Shown one piece after another: positions 9,500-21,193 of a stretch of DNA of 64,000 nt. The first letter of the stretch is position 1. Each line of letters begins with the position of its first letter. Below the pieces are notes generated by a model. It did not search any database and had not been told where the DNA came from. It saw nothing but the letters and a program-made list of their open reading frames with translations. A program made the translations under genes and the position numbers. Origin of the DNA: an uncultured cyanobacterium (GTDB lineage Bacteria; Cyanobacteriota; Cyanobacteriia; PCC-9006; JAAUQQ01); contig OY970368.1 of assembly GCA_963718615.1 (NCBI GenBank), forward strand, positions 5,536,001 through 5,600,000, given 5' to 3'.

Positions 9500-12217
9500 T
9501 TGGCTCACTTTCAACCCAATTCCTACCATGTCCTATCCGAGCAGGACCTGCGAGCGCATTTTGCAAGTCGTGCAGATCAGGGATTAACACCGGAGGAAGT
9601 TGCAAAGCGCTACGAGCAGTATGGCTGGAATGAGTTGCAATTTAAACCGGGTAACCCTGCGTGGTTAAGGTTCCTCCTGCAATTTCATCAGCCCCTGCTT
9701 TATATTTTGCTCCTGGCTGGAACCATTAAGGCCTTTCTTGGATCTTGGACGAATGCCTGGGTGATTTGGGGCGTGACACTGATTAATGCCATCATTGGTT
9801 ATGTTCAGGAAGCCCAGGCAGAAGGGGCGATCGCCTCTTTGGCAAAGGCCGTTACGACCGAAACTACCGTTCTACGAGAAGGGCAACCCCTCAGAATTCC
9901 ATCGCGGGATCTGGTACCGGGAGATTTAGTAATGCTGACCTCTGGAGATAAAGTCCCGGCGGATTTACGATTGCTACGAGTCCGCAATCTCCAGGTCGAT
10001 GAATCAGCCTTGACAGGGGAATCGGTGCCGGTGGAAAAATCTGTTCAGGTTCTTCCTGCGGAGACTCCCCTGGCTGAGCGATACAACATGGCTTATGCCG
10101 GCAGTTTTGTGACCTTCGGGCAGGGGCAGGGGATCGTTGTTGCGACAGCAAATGCTACGGAAATGGGACAGATTTCCCAATCGATGGAAAGTCGTATCAG
10201 TCTCAGTACACCCCTGACCCGCAAGTTTGAGAAGTTTAGTCGTACCCTCCTCTATGGAATTTTGGTCTTGGCGACCTTTACGTTTGCCGTGGGCATCGGT
10301 CGGGGGGGGACCTGGATGGAGATGTTTGAGGCGGCAGTGGCCCTAGCGGTGAGTGCCATCCCCGAAGGCTTGCCGGCTGTGGTGACGATTACACTGGCCA
10401 TTGGGGTAAATCGCATGGCAAAACGCAATGCCATTATTCGCAAATTGCCTGCCGTGGAGGCCCTGGGGAGTGCCACCGTAATTTGTTCCGATAAAACCGG
10501 GACCCTCACGGAAAACCAGATGACGGTTCAGGCCATTCGTGCGGGCAGGCAACATTACGTTGTTAGTGGTGGCGGGTATAGCCCGAGGGGAGAGATTACG
10601 GCGAAGGGGGACGGGGATGCCTGTGTTTTAGAGGGCAAAGATTTACCCCCTGCCCTGGCGGCCTGTTTGATCGCTGGTCTGCTTTGCAATGACTCTCAGC
10701 TTCAGCAAAATGGCCAGGACTGGACCGTCGTGGGAGATCCGACGGAGGGAGCTCTGATCACTGTGGCAGAAAAGGCTGGGCTGAGCCAAGCGGGACTGGT
10801 GAATGCTCAGCCCCGGCTCGATTCGATTCCCTTTGAATCGGACTACCAGTATATGGCGACGCTCCACGATGCAGAACCTCGCATGATGTATGTGAAGGGG
10901 TCAGTGGAAGCTTTGCTGTGTCGGTGTACCCAGATGCTGGATGACCAGGGACAGGCGATCGCCCTTGATGCGGCTCAGATCCAGCAGGAAGTGCATACCC
11001 TGGCGGGTCAAGGGCTAAGGGTCTTGGCCTTTGCCCAAAAGATTACCCCCTCCCATCGCCATACCCTCGACCACGAAGACTTGGCCATGGATTTAGTGTT
11101 TCTGGGTATCCAGGGCATGATCGATCCCCCTCGTCCTGAGGCGATCGCAGCGGTTCATGCCTGTCAGTCTGCCGGAATTCAGGTCAAGATGATTACGGGG
11201 GATCACATTGCCACCGCACGGGCGATCGCCCAGCGCATGGGCATTCAAACCCCAGCAGGTGTGATTGCTTTTGAAGGACAGCAACTGGCCCAAATGAGCG
11301 AGTCGGAGCTACGGAATGTGGCCGCCGAGGGGTCTGTCTTTGCAAGAGTTGCGCCTGCACAAAAGCTGCAACTGGTGGAAGCGCTCCAGGCCCAGGGGAA
11401 TATCGTCGCCATGACGGGGGATGGGGTCAACGATGCTCCGGCCCTCAAGCAAGCGGATATTGGCATTGCTATGGGCAAAGGGGGCACGGAGGTAGCCCGT
11501 GAATCCGCTGCGATGTTGTTGATGGATGATAATTTTGCATCCATCGAGGCGGCGGTGGAAGAAGGTCGGACGGTTTATCAGAATTTGCGGAAGGCGATCG
11601 CGTTTTTATTGCCTGTTAATGGCGGGGAATCCATGACGATTTTGATCAGTGCCCTATTGGCTCGGGATCTGCCGATTTTATCCTTGCAAGTCCTCTGGCT
11701 CAATATGATTAACTCCATTACGATGACGGTTCCCCTTGCCTTTGAACCTAAATCTCAGGGGTTGATGCAACAGCCTCCCCGTGACCCCAATGAACCTTTG
11801 CTGAACCCAAAATTGTTTCGTCGTATTTTGGTGGTATCGGTGTTCAATTGGATTTTGATTTTTGGACTGTTTGAATGGGTGAAGTTAACCACTGGGGACA
11901 TTACCGTGGCACGGACGATGGCAATTCAAGCTCTCGTTGCAGCACGAATTGTTTATTTGATTAGTATTAGTCAGCTAGGAGCGAATCTTGGGCATTATTT
12001 GCGCGGTCGAATGAGGGCGATCGCATCGGCTCCAATGTTGCTGATCGGCATTGCCGCTGCTGTCCTTTTGCAGGTCCTGTTCAGCCAATGGGGGGTCATG
12101 AATACGCTGTTTGCAACAGCGCCCCTGACCTGGCAGCAGGGACTGATTTGTCTAATTCCGATGTTGCCGATGATTCCCACCGCCCTCTGGGCCAATCGGC
12201 TTGATTCTCCCCGATAA
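9500..12217 (+). CDS. Cation-transporting P-type (P2, Ca2+/PacL-like) ATPase
   Basis: TGES, PEGL, DKTGTLT, MITGDH and TGDGVNDAPALK motifs. Confidence 0.95.
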   Translation: MAHFQPNSYHVLSEQDLRAHFASRADQGLTPEEVAKRYEQYGWNELQFKPGNPAWLRFLLQFHQPLLYILLLAGTIKAFLGSWTNAWVIWGVTLINAIIGYVQEAQAEGAIASLAKAVTTETTVLREGQPLRIPSRDLVPGDLVMLTSGDKVPADLRLLRVRNLQVDESALTGESVPVEKSVQVLPAETPLAERYNMAYAGSFVTFGQGQGIVVATANATEMGQISQSMESRISLSTPLTRKFEKFSRTLLYGILVLATFTFAVGIGRGGTWMEMFEAAVALAVSAIPEGLPAVVTITLAIGVNRMAKRNAIIRKLPAVEALGSATVICSDKTGTLTENQMTVQAIRAGRQHYVVSGGGYSPRGEITAKGDGDACVLEGKDLPPALAACLIAGLLCNDSQLQQNGQDWTVVGDPTEGALITVAEKAGLSQAGLVNAQPRLDSIPFESDYQYMATLHDAEPRMMYVKGSVEALLCRCTQMLDDQGQAIALDAAQIQQEVHTLAGQGLRVLAFAQKITPSHRHTLDHEDLAMDLVFLGIQGMIDPPRPEAIAAVHACQSAGIQVKMITGDHIATARAIAQRMGIQTPAGVIAFEGQQLAQMSESELRNVAAEGSVFARVAPAQKLQLVEALQAQGNIVAMTGDGVNDAPALKQADIGIAMGKGGTEVARESAAMLLMDDNFASIEAAVEEGRTVYQNLRKAIAFLLPVNGGESMTILISALLARDLPILSLQVLWLNMINSITMTVPLAFEPKSQGLMQQPPRDPNEPLLNPKLFRRILVVSVFNWILIFGLFEWVKLTTGDITVARTMAIQALVAARIVYLISISQLGANLGHYLRGRMRAIASAPMLLIGIAAAVLLQVLFSQWGVMNTLFATAPLTWQQGLICLIPMLPMIPTALWANRLDSPR

Positions 12218-12321
12218 CTCTCCCCAGTCCTCCCGATCCTAATCACCCGTTACACAGTCAATCACCACATCGTCGAAAGCGGTTCAGGTTGTACTGCAAC
12301 CTGATGGCTTCCCAATTCAAG

Positions 12322-13044
12322 CTACCCAAACCCTTTCCTCGCACCATACCGAACTTCCCTAAACTCAACGCGATCGCTCCCTGGCTCATACAACACATAG
12401 CTCGCCTCCCCCGGCACCCGCCCCACAGACCCTACCCCAATCACCTTATGCACCGTCGGCTGATCCACCTGCCGGCAGTCCTCTCCATCCAAAGTTTGTA
12501 GCCGCTGCACCAACTGACCCGACCCAATCTCACAACAAAACGACAAACCCGATCGCCCACAAAATAACCGATTCGCCTGTACCCGTTGCAGCCGATCCAA
12601 CATCACCAACGGCGAAGTCTCCGGGGTTAGCGCCTCCTCAACCCCCGACGGACTGCCATGGATCATCAAACAATCCAACTCCATCATACCGAACTCCAGC
12701 CCCGACAACCAAGGCAACAGTTCCCGAGGAACCGCCTCCCAGAGTTGTGTAATCATCTCATTGCCATAGCGTTTTACCAGCTCCGTCGGCTCCTCACTAC
12801 GACCCAGAGCATAGAGAATAAGTGCCTGCTCCTCCCACCAACCCTGACAAACCTCCGGCGTCGCTTCACCGGTGCGGGGTGACTGCAACCGCTGGACGAG
12901 TTGGACATTGTGCGGCGTGGGTCCGATCACATCTCCCAAGACAAACAGTTGCTCAATCGACTGTTTTTGACGCTTGAGATCACTCAAAACCGCCTCATAG
13001 GCTGCCAAATTGCCCTCAATTCCACTCAAAATTGCCCAAGCCAT
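12322..13044 (-). CDS. Degenerate metallophosphoesterase-family protein
   Basis: SGIEGN/GDVIG/HGSP/GSVG fold motifs, but metal ligands are altered; start MAWAILS at 13044. Confidence 0.8.
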   Translation of the reverse strand: MAWAILSGIEGNLAAYEAVLSDLKRQKQSIEQLFVLGDVIGPTPHNVQLVQRLQSPRTGEATPEVCQGWWEEQALILYALGRSEEPTELVKRYGNEMITQLWEAVPRELLPWLSGLEFGMMELDCLMIHGSPSGVEEALTPETSPLVMLDRLQRVQANRLFCGRSGLSFCCEIGSGQLVQRLQTLDGEDCRQVDQPTVHKVIGVGSVGRVPGEASYVLYEPGSDRVEFREVRYGARKGFG

Positions 13045-13076
13045 GCCGTTTCCTCCGTCTTCATTGACCCTTCCTC

Positions 13077-13895
13077 CTAACGTTCGCACACATGGGTCGG
13101 GTCGTCCGCCCGCTCTGCAAATTCCAACCCCTGGGCCAAGCGCCAAGCAAAGATTGGTGGCAACCCCTTTTCGAGAATTGCAGCACAGGTTTTACGATAG
13201 TCGTACTCTACCTCACGCAGGGTGGTTTGCTCGCTATCCGTGTCGTAGAGGACATAGGTGGCATTGGGTCTGCCGTGGCGAGGTTCGCCGACGGAACCGG
13301 CATTGATGATGCGCCTGATCGGAAAGTGGATGGGTTGAGCCACGATCTCGCCACTGTCTTGGGGCCGTTGGACTCGCATCTGAAGTTGGCTATCGCACAA
13401 CTCCCGCACGTAGGGCACATGGGTATGGCCACAAAACAGTACATCGCAGCCCAATCCCATGACTCGTTCCAGAGCGGTAAAGGCATCCATCTCAGGCAAC
13501 AAATACTCGTGTTGGCTGTTGGGGCTGCCGTGGACAAAGGCGAGGTTGTTCTGTTTGTGGGTGAGAGGAAGTTGGGCAAGGAATGCTCGGACTTCGGGAT
13601 TGATGACTTGGTCAGTCCACTGGTGAGCAGCTTTGCCGCGTTTTTCGGCCAAGAGTGAAGGGTAACTGCATTCACAGGCATTCAAGCCATCAACAATGTC
13701 CTCATCCCAACACCCTTGGACGGTGGGAATATCGAGAGAGCGAATCAGCTCAACAACTGCATTGGGATCAGGACCATAGCCAACCAGATCACCGAGGCAG
13801 ACAACTTGGTCGGCGTGATGTTGGTCAATGTCGCTGAGGACGGCATTGAGAGCTTCGTAGTTGCCGTGAATACAGGAGATGATAGCGAATTTCAT
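13077..13895 (-). CDS. Metallophosphoesterase-family protein
   Basis: SCIHGN, GDLVGYG, HGSP, CGHTH and NAGSVG motifs; ATG 13895. Confidence 0.9.
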   Translation of the reverse strand: MKFAIISCIHGNYEALNAVLSDIDQHHADQVVCLGDLVGYGPDPNAVVELIRSLDIPTVQGCWDEDIVDGLNACECSYPSLLAEKRGKAAHQWTDQVINPEVRAFLAQLPLTHKQNNLAFVHGSPNSQHEYLLPEMDAFTALERVMGLGCDVLFCGHTHVPYVRELCDSQLQMRVQRPQDSGEIVAQPIHFPIRRIINAGSVGEPRHGRPNATYVLYDTDSEQTTLREVEYDYRKTCAAILEKGLPPIFAWRLAQGLEFAERADDPTHVCER

Positions 13896-13914
13896 GGGAT
13901 CAAGACAAATAGGA

Positions 13915-14703
13915 CTAGGAGGCGATCGCCTGCAATTGAGCCTGATGTTGCTGAAGCAAACCATCGCTCAGGAGGCAGTCTTTCAGCGTGGCAAGGATGG
14001 CTTCGCCGTTGAGCTCATGGCCAGTGGCTTCAAGGGCACTGGGTAGCTGGGGACGGCCTTGGAGACAGGGTTCGACTTGCAACCGAGTGTAGGTACTCTG
14101 GGTTCCAGCAACGAAACTGAAGTAAAAGGCGGGACCATCCGCAAGACAAAACCCCCCTTTGGCTCGGTGAACCGTGCCAAAGGCCCCGCCTGTGAGTTCC
14201 TGCCAAAAAACATCCAAACTCGGGGGATCGAAAACTTGGCCCGTTAATTCGACAGCGCAGATTTGGGGCTCGGTGGCAAAGGGAGTCCGAGGGAATGGAA
14301 CAGGAGAAGGAAGTAGGCGATCGCTCCAAGCCTCCAAGTCTTTGCTTTGCCACCCTTCGGGCAACAGGCCAAGGGTCTCAAGGTCAACCCCGGCAGGGAA
14401 TTGGAGCTGAGCCAAATCGACACTGTTATCGATTTCAACATAAAGGGTGCGGTTTTGTGCCAGGGCGGCGGCAAGGGCAGAATCTCCTGGGGTCAAAATT
14501 TCTAAATTGGGGCATCGGGAGGCCAAAAACAAGGCATCTAGAGAGACTCCGGCTCCCCCCAGGGGCCAGTACAGAGCTGGCTCACTGACGCCTCTATCCC
14601 CTGAGGCGATGGCCTGCTGGGCAATCCAGGTGGTTTTGCCACTACCGGGAGGGCCTGCGATCGCAATAACGACAGCCCTATCCCGCCTGATTTCTCTGCT
14701 CAT
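13915..14703 (-). CDS. COG0523/CobW-like P-loop GTPase-related metal chaperone
   Basis: Walker A GPPGSGKTT; C-terminal CobW_C-like 'GTVHRAKG'; upstream Zur box. Confidence 0.75.
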   Translation of the reverse strand: MSREIRRDRAVVIAIAGPPGSGKTTWIAQQAIASGDRGVSEPALYWPLGGAGVSLDALFLASRCPNLEILTPGDSALAAALAQNRTLYVEIDNSVDLAQLQFPAGVDLETLGLLPEGWQSKDLEAWSDRLLPSPVPFPRTPFATEPQICAVELTGQVFDPPSLDVFWQELTGGAFGTVHRAKGGFCLADGPAFYFSFVAGTQSTYTRLQVEPCLQGRPQLPSALEATGHELNGEAILATLKDCLLSDGLLQQHQAQLQAIAS

Positions 14704-14734
14704 CTTTTATCTCAGCAACATCTGCCATTAATAA

Positions 14735-14749
14735 TGATAATCGTTATCA
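14735..14749. promoter_or_regulatory. Zur/Fur-type box TGATAATCGTTATCA
   Basis: One mismatch to TGATAATnATTATCA, in the divergent intergenic region. Confidence 0.8.
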
Positions 14750-14792
14750 TTCTTGGTGTATAGTTTTTCTGGCGCTTTGCTGGCTTTGCTTT

Positions 14793-15287
14793 ATGACACT
14801 CGCTGCCCCTGCTACCCTGGACCTTGCGATTATCGGGGCTGGCCCCCATGCCTTAACGCTGGCGACCCATCTGTTGCAGAAGTTGATGGTACAAGCGGGA
14901 CGACTCCCCTTTCACTTAAGCACCGCCTCAGGGACCATTCGAGCTCGGCGAGTGATTATTGCCACTGGGGCAGGAAAACCAAAGTGGCCAGATTGGGCAG
15001 TGCGGACACAACTAGAATATCTGCTACAAGGTCATTCTCCGTCTGTTTCTCTCGCTCATTCCAGTCAAGTTGATCTGAGACAAACCCCAATCGTCAAGGG
15101 TTTACCCGTGTTAGATCAACATCTGCGTTGGCCCAACTTAGAGCTATTTTTAACGGGGGGACTTGCTGCTTTACAGTTAGGTCCTGTAGCCAGGAATTTA
15201 CACGGGGCAAGGATGGCCGCAGAGCGAATTGTTCCTGCGATCGCAAAACCCAGTTTAGCCCTAGGACAAACCTCTCTTTCACGATGA
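14793..15287 (+). pseudogene. Internally deleted FAD/NAD(P)-binding oxidoreductase
   Basis: GAGPHA Rossmann start, ATGAG mid-motif and the C-terminal GGLAALQLGPVARNL are all present in only 164 aa. The NAD(P)-binding domain and most of the N-terminal domain are missing. Confidence 0.6.
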
Positions 15288-15341
15288 GTGACTGTTGCAG
15301 ATTAATTTTATTGTTAGCGCCTTGTTAGCTACGCTGATCGC

Positions 15342-17669
<2,328 letters not shown>

Positions 17670-17772
17670 CTAACTTTCTAGGCCACTGGGTGTTGCTATT
17701 GTAGGGAGAAGTGACTGGGGCGATCGTATCCTTGCGGACAGCGGCGATCGCCCCTCCCTGAACTCTACTGGT

Positions 17773-18915
17773 CTATCCTTGCGCAACCAAGGTTTGGCAT
17801 TGAACGTCGACCGGAGCCAAGGTTGACACCATTGCGCCCAGGAGTTGCGCGGGTGAAACGGCGAAGGGGAGGTGGTGAATATCTGACTCGGGTTTACAGG
17901 CGATTTCTGCGGCCCGTTGTAGATCCGCCAAGGTTGCTTGGGCAAGACCCAGTTCTGGGAGCGATCGCGGCAAACCAATCTCTTCATAAAACTTGAGCAG
18001 CTGTTGCCGCGCCGTTGCCGCCAGTTTGTTTCCCTGAACCATTTCTTCTAAGCGCAACTGCACCAAAATGCCATAGGCAACTTTTTCCCCATGGAGCCTG
18101 TCGTGGCAAGCCAGCAAATGGGTCAAACCATTGTGAACTGCATGGGCCGCAACGGTGCGACATTGGGCACCCCCCAGCCCCCCGATCACCCCAGCCAGTA
18201 AAACCGATGCATCCACAACCTCATGCCAAGCTTCGCCACCGGGCTCCGCTAGGGCCTCGGCAGATTTTTGGAAGAGCAGATCCCGCAGGACCCGTGCCTG
18301 TTGCACCGCCGCCACAATCAGCGTTTGGGTTGAAGCACCGCTGCTGACAGAGGCTTCATACCATTTAGCCAAGGCATCGCCAATCCCGGCCACCAGGGTT
18401 CGCTGAGGGGCGGTTTGGATGACGTCATAATCCAGAATCAGCAGTTCAGGGCAGCGGCTCAGCGGCACATCGTAGAGAAAGGCTCCCGCATCGGAATAGA
18501 CATTGGACAGGGCCGTCCAGGCGGCACAGGTAGCGGCGGAGGTCGGGACCGTTACGATGGGAAGATCGCACTGAAACGCAATCAACTTGGCGGTATCCAG
18601 GGCTTTGCCGCCGCCCAGGCCAATGATCACGTCGGCCTCGTGGGTTGTCACAGCATCCCGCAGCCTCGCTAGGGCATTTTCGCTGCAATCGGTACTGTAG
18701 CTGATGCGGGCGTCGTGGAGTTGGGCAAGGGTTTCGTCGAGCTGGGAGGCCAAGGCCACGAGGGTCTGATCCCCGCCGATTACCAGGGGACGTTGACCGA
18801 GACGGGCGATCGCCCCCCCCATCTGAGACAAAATACCCGCCCCCCGCACAACCTGGGTCGGAGACAGCAGCATCGGGGTCACGGGAAGAGAAGCAGCAAC
18901 AGAAGATTGGAACAT
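17773..18915 (-). CDS. Iron-containing alcohol dehydrogenase / glycerol dehydrogenase family protein
   Basis: GGGKALD, PTSAATCA, GDALAKWYE, AAHAVHNG and HGEKV motifs. Confidence 0.9.
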   Translation of the reverse strand: MFQSSVAASLPVTPMLLSPTQVVRGAGILSQMGGAIARLGQRPLVIGGDQTLVALASQLDETLAQLHDARISYSTDCSENALARLRDAVTTHEADVIIGLGGGKALDTAKLIAFQCDLPIVTVPTSAATCAAWTALSNVYSDAGAFLYDVPLSRCPELLILDYDVIQTAPQRTLVAGIGDALAKWYEASVSSGASTQTLIVAAVQQARVLRDLLFQKSAEALAEPGGEAWHEVVDASVLLAGVIGGLGGAQCRTVAAHAVHNGLTHLLACHDRLHGEKVAYGILVQLRLEEMVQGNKLAATARQQLLKFYEEIGLPRSLPELGLAQATLADLQRAAEIACKPESDIHHLPFAVSPAQLLGAMVSTLAPVDVQCQTLVAQG

Positions 18916-18973
18916 AGAAAGGCTTGCCGTAAATCGAACGCTTGACGGAGTCAAACAGACATCTGCACGATTT

Positions 18974-19519
18974 CTATGCTAACGATAAATGCTCGCTTGG
19001 ACATCGCGGTAAATTGCGGTAAAAGCTAACCGCGTCATAGGTGGATAATTGTAAACCCGTCATTTGCTCGTAGGGTAAGGGGTCCTCGGTATCCAGATGG
19101 AACGCTCCGTCCTCTAGATTGCGCAAGTTGGCCAGCAGATCGAGCATCTGTAGCTGAAATAATTGTTGGACCTGTGGACCCGTGAGAACGCCCTGCTGCT
19201 TAAAATATTGGCCCATCGCCACACCCGGTGGACAGCATTTGGCAATTTGAGCCGTGGTGGTATAGCTGCCCCAGCCTTGGCGTTGGATCAGCCGCAGAAA
19301 TCCGTTGCTTCGACTATTACGGCTGGCTCCAACGAGCGCACCATTCTTGAACCACAGTTGATGGATCTGGAGGGGATGGGAGCCTCCCGATGGGGTGGGC
19401 TGAATTTTGAGCCAACCGGTGAGGCGTAACCGTTCAACCAGGTTGAGGAGTTCAATCCAGGGACATTCGTGGAGGTGACCGGTAATTTGCATGGGAGTCG
19501 GGGGGATGCAAGAGGGCAT
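18974..19519 (-). CDS. DUF4388 / PatA N-terminal (PATAN)-like domain protein
   Basis: ITGHL...ELLNL...LTGWL...LWFKNG pattern and GAFHL; no receiver domain. Confidence 0.65.
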   Translation of the reverse strand: MPSCIPPTPMQITGHLHECPWIELLNLVERLRLTGWLKIQPTPSGGSHPLQIHQLWFKNGALVGASRNSRSNGFLRLIQRQGWGSYTTTAQIAKCCPPGVAMGQYFKQQGVLTGPQVQQLFQLQMLDLLANLRNLEDGAFHLDTEDPLPYEQMTGLQLSTYDAVSFYRNLPRCPSEHLSLA

Positions 19520-19616
19520 AGATGAGACCGTTGGCTAAGAAGATTCAGGCGTTGGTCCCAAGCATTAATTCGGTTGGATATGGGGAAGTTATGCAGGGCA
19601 GCCCGCCCCATTAGCC

Positions 19617-19650
19617 AAAAAAAAGGGGGTGTCCTAGGACACCCCCTTTG
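19617..19650 (-). terminator. Rho-independent terminator of the PEP-CTERM gene
   Basis: Perfect palindrome AAAGGGGGTGTCCTAGGACACCCCCTTT followed by a U-tract on the minus strand. Confidence 0.8.
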
Positions 19651-19788
19651 GATTTAAGAAAACTAGGAGACCAAACCGTATCTAGGAGAAAACTTGAAGA
19701 GGCTGGGGGGTCTAGGATAGAGGTCTAGGAATCGTCACCCCCGATTCCTGTATAGACCGATCCTGAGAGTCCCCCAACGATGAGGCAA

Positions 19789-20580
19789 TTAGACTGCTTC
19801 GCCTGCGAGTTGACGACGACGCTTGGAGAGCAGCAGGGCCCCTGCCGACAGACCCAATGCCGCTAGGCTAGCGGGTTCAGGGACTTTCGTCGCGACCACT
19901 TTGTAATCGGGACCGTTGAAGCTGCCCACGCCTTTGTTGAAGCTCGACAACCGTACACCTGCCACATCGGAGGCAAACTTCAGCCCGTAGGAACCGACTT
20001 GCTGCGCTGCCAGAATCTCGGTGGTGTCGATGCTGTAGCCCGCTGCGCCCCAGAGGTCGCGGGTAATTTTGAAGGAATCCCCCACGACATTGCCGCTGGC
20101 ATCTAGCGCTTCCACGAGCAGGTCGCTGTTCATGCCGCGCTCCCAGAAGAAGAAGGAGTTCACGGGCTGGTCGAAGAAGAGATCGAAGACTGATGTTCCG
20201 TTCTTATCCTCAGTGTCAATGATGCTGTTGAGATTGAGGTTGCCCAGGGCGCTGACGATATCATTGGCGTCGGGAATTTCTACAGGGGTGCAGTTTGTGA
20301 CGAGATCACCGCAGTCCTTACTGCCGGGGCCAAGCTGAACACCCGTGAGGGCCGTATTTTGTTGAATCACTGCCGAATGGACTAGGGAGAAATCGTTAAT
20401 GACCGTACCATTCGATTTCTTCACCGAGATCAGGGTGATGTCTGCTTTGGGATCAGGATTGTCAGGGGTGAAGGTGGTGTCGAAGCTATAGCTGGAGAAG
20501 CCTGCGGCTTGGGCGGGCAATGCGCTCAGCATCACGCCAGTAGCCAGAATCGAAACCCCGAGAAGACCTTTGATAGCCAT
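19789..20580 (-). CDS. Exosortase-dependent PEP-CTERM surface protein
   Basis: Signal peptide ending AQA; C-terminal VPEPASLAALGL-TM-KRRR. Confidence 0.9.
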   Translation of the reverse strand: MAIKGLLGVSILATGVMLSALPAQAAGFSSYSFDTTFTPDNPDPKADITLISVKKSNGTVINDFSLVHSAVIQQNTALTGVQLGPGSKDCGDLVTNCTPVEIPDANDIVSALGNLNLNSIIDTEDKNGTSVFDLFFDQPVNSFFFWERGMNSDLLVEALDASGNVVGDSFKITRDLWGAAGYSIDTTEILAAQQVGSYGLKFASDVAGVRLSSFNKGVGSFNGPDYKVVATKVPEPASLAALGLSAGALLLSKRRRQLAGEAV

Positions 20581-21193
20581 TTGTAAGTACCTCAAGCAAG
20601 TAAAAAGCGCGTTCAGTGGTAGATACGTCCCCAATCTCTACTGCCATGAGGCAGATACACCGTTCTGAGTTGTAGAAGCTGCTCTGTCAGCCACCCCGTT
20701 CGAACTCCGTTGAGATTACTGAACTTATGTATAAATACTAACTGGTTGTTTCGCGGACTGGCAATGCAAATCTCAGGGTTTCACGCAGCCTTTATAGCTT
20801 TGCAGAAATTAAATTTTTGAGCGGCTTCAAAGCCTTATCCACAGGGCTTTTTAAAAGTTCACCAAGGTTGTTTTTTGTGCTTTATAGTTTTTCCGGATGG
20901 GGCGATCGCCCCATCCCCTCCCCCATACTCAAATCCTTTTTCCACCAGCATTTTGCCCTACAGTAATCGCCATAAACATGACCCCTTGAGGTTGAGGATA
21001 GGACGGCGGAAGTCGCCTGGGGCGATCGCCTAATCGGGCACAAAAGTTCCCTGTAATTACTGAGATTTATCTGCGCATTCATGACGCTATTTATACTTAA
21101 TGATGAGTGGCGGCTGGAGGATGTACGGAAAGATCCGCAATTGTCAGTTCCCCTGGACGAGGAGGACGGACCGATGATGTCAAAATAAAAGAC

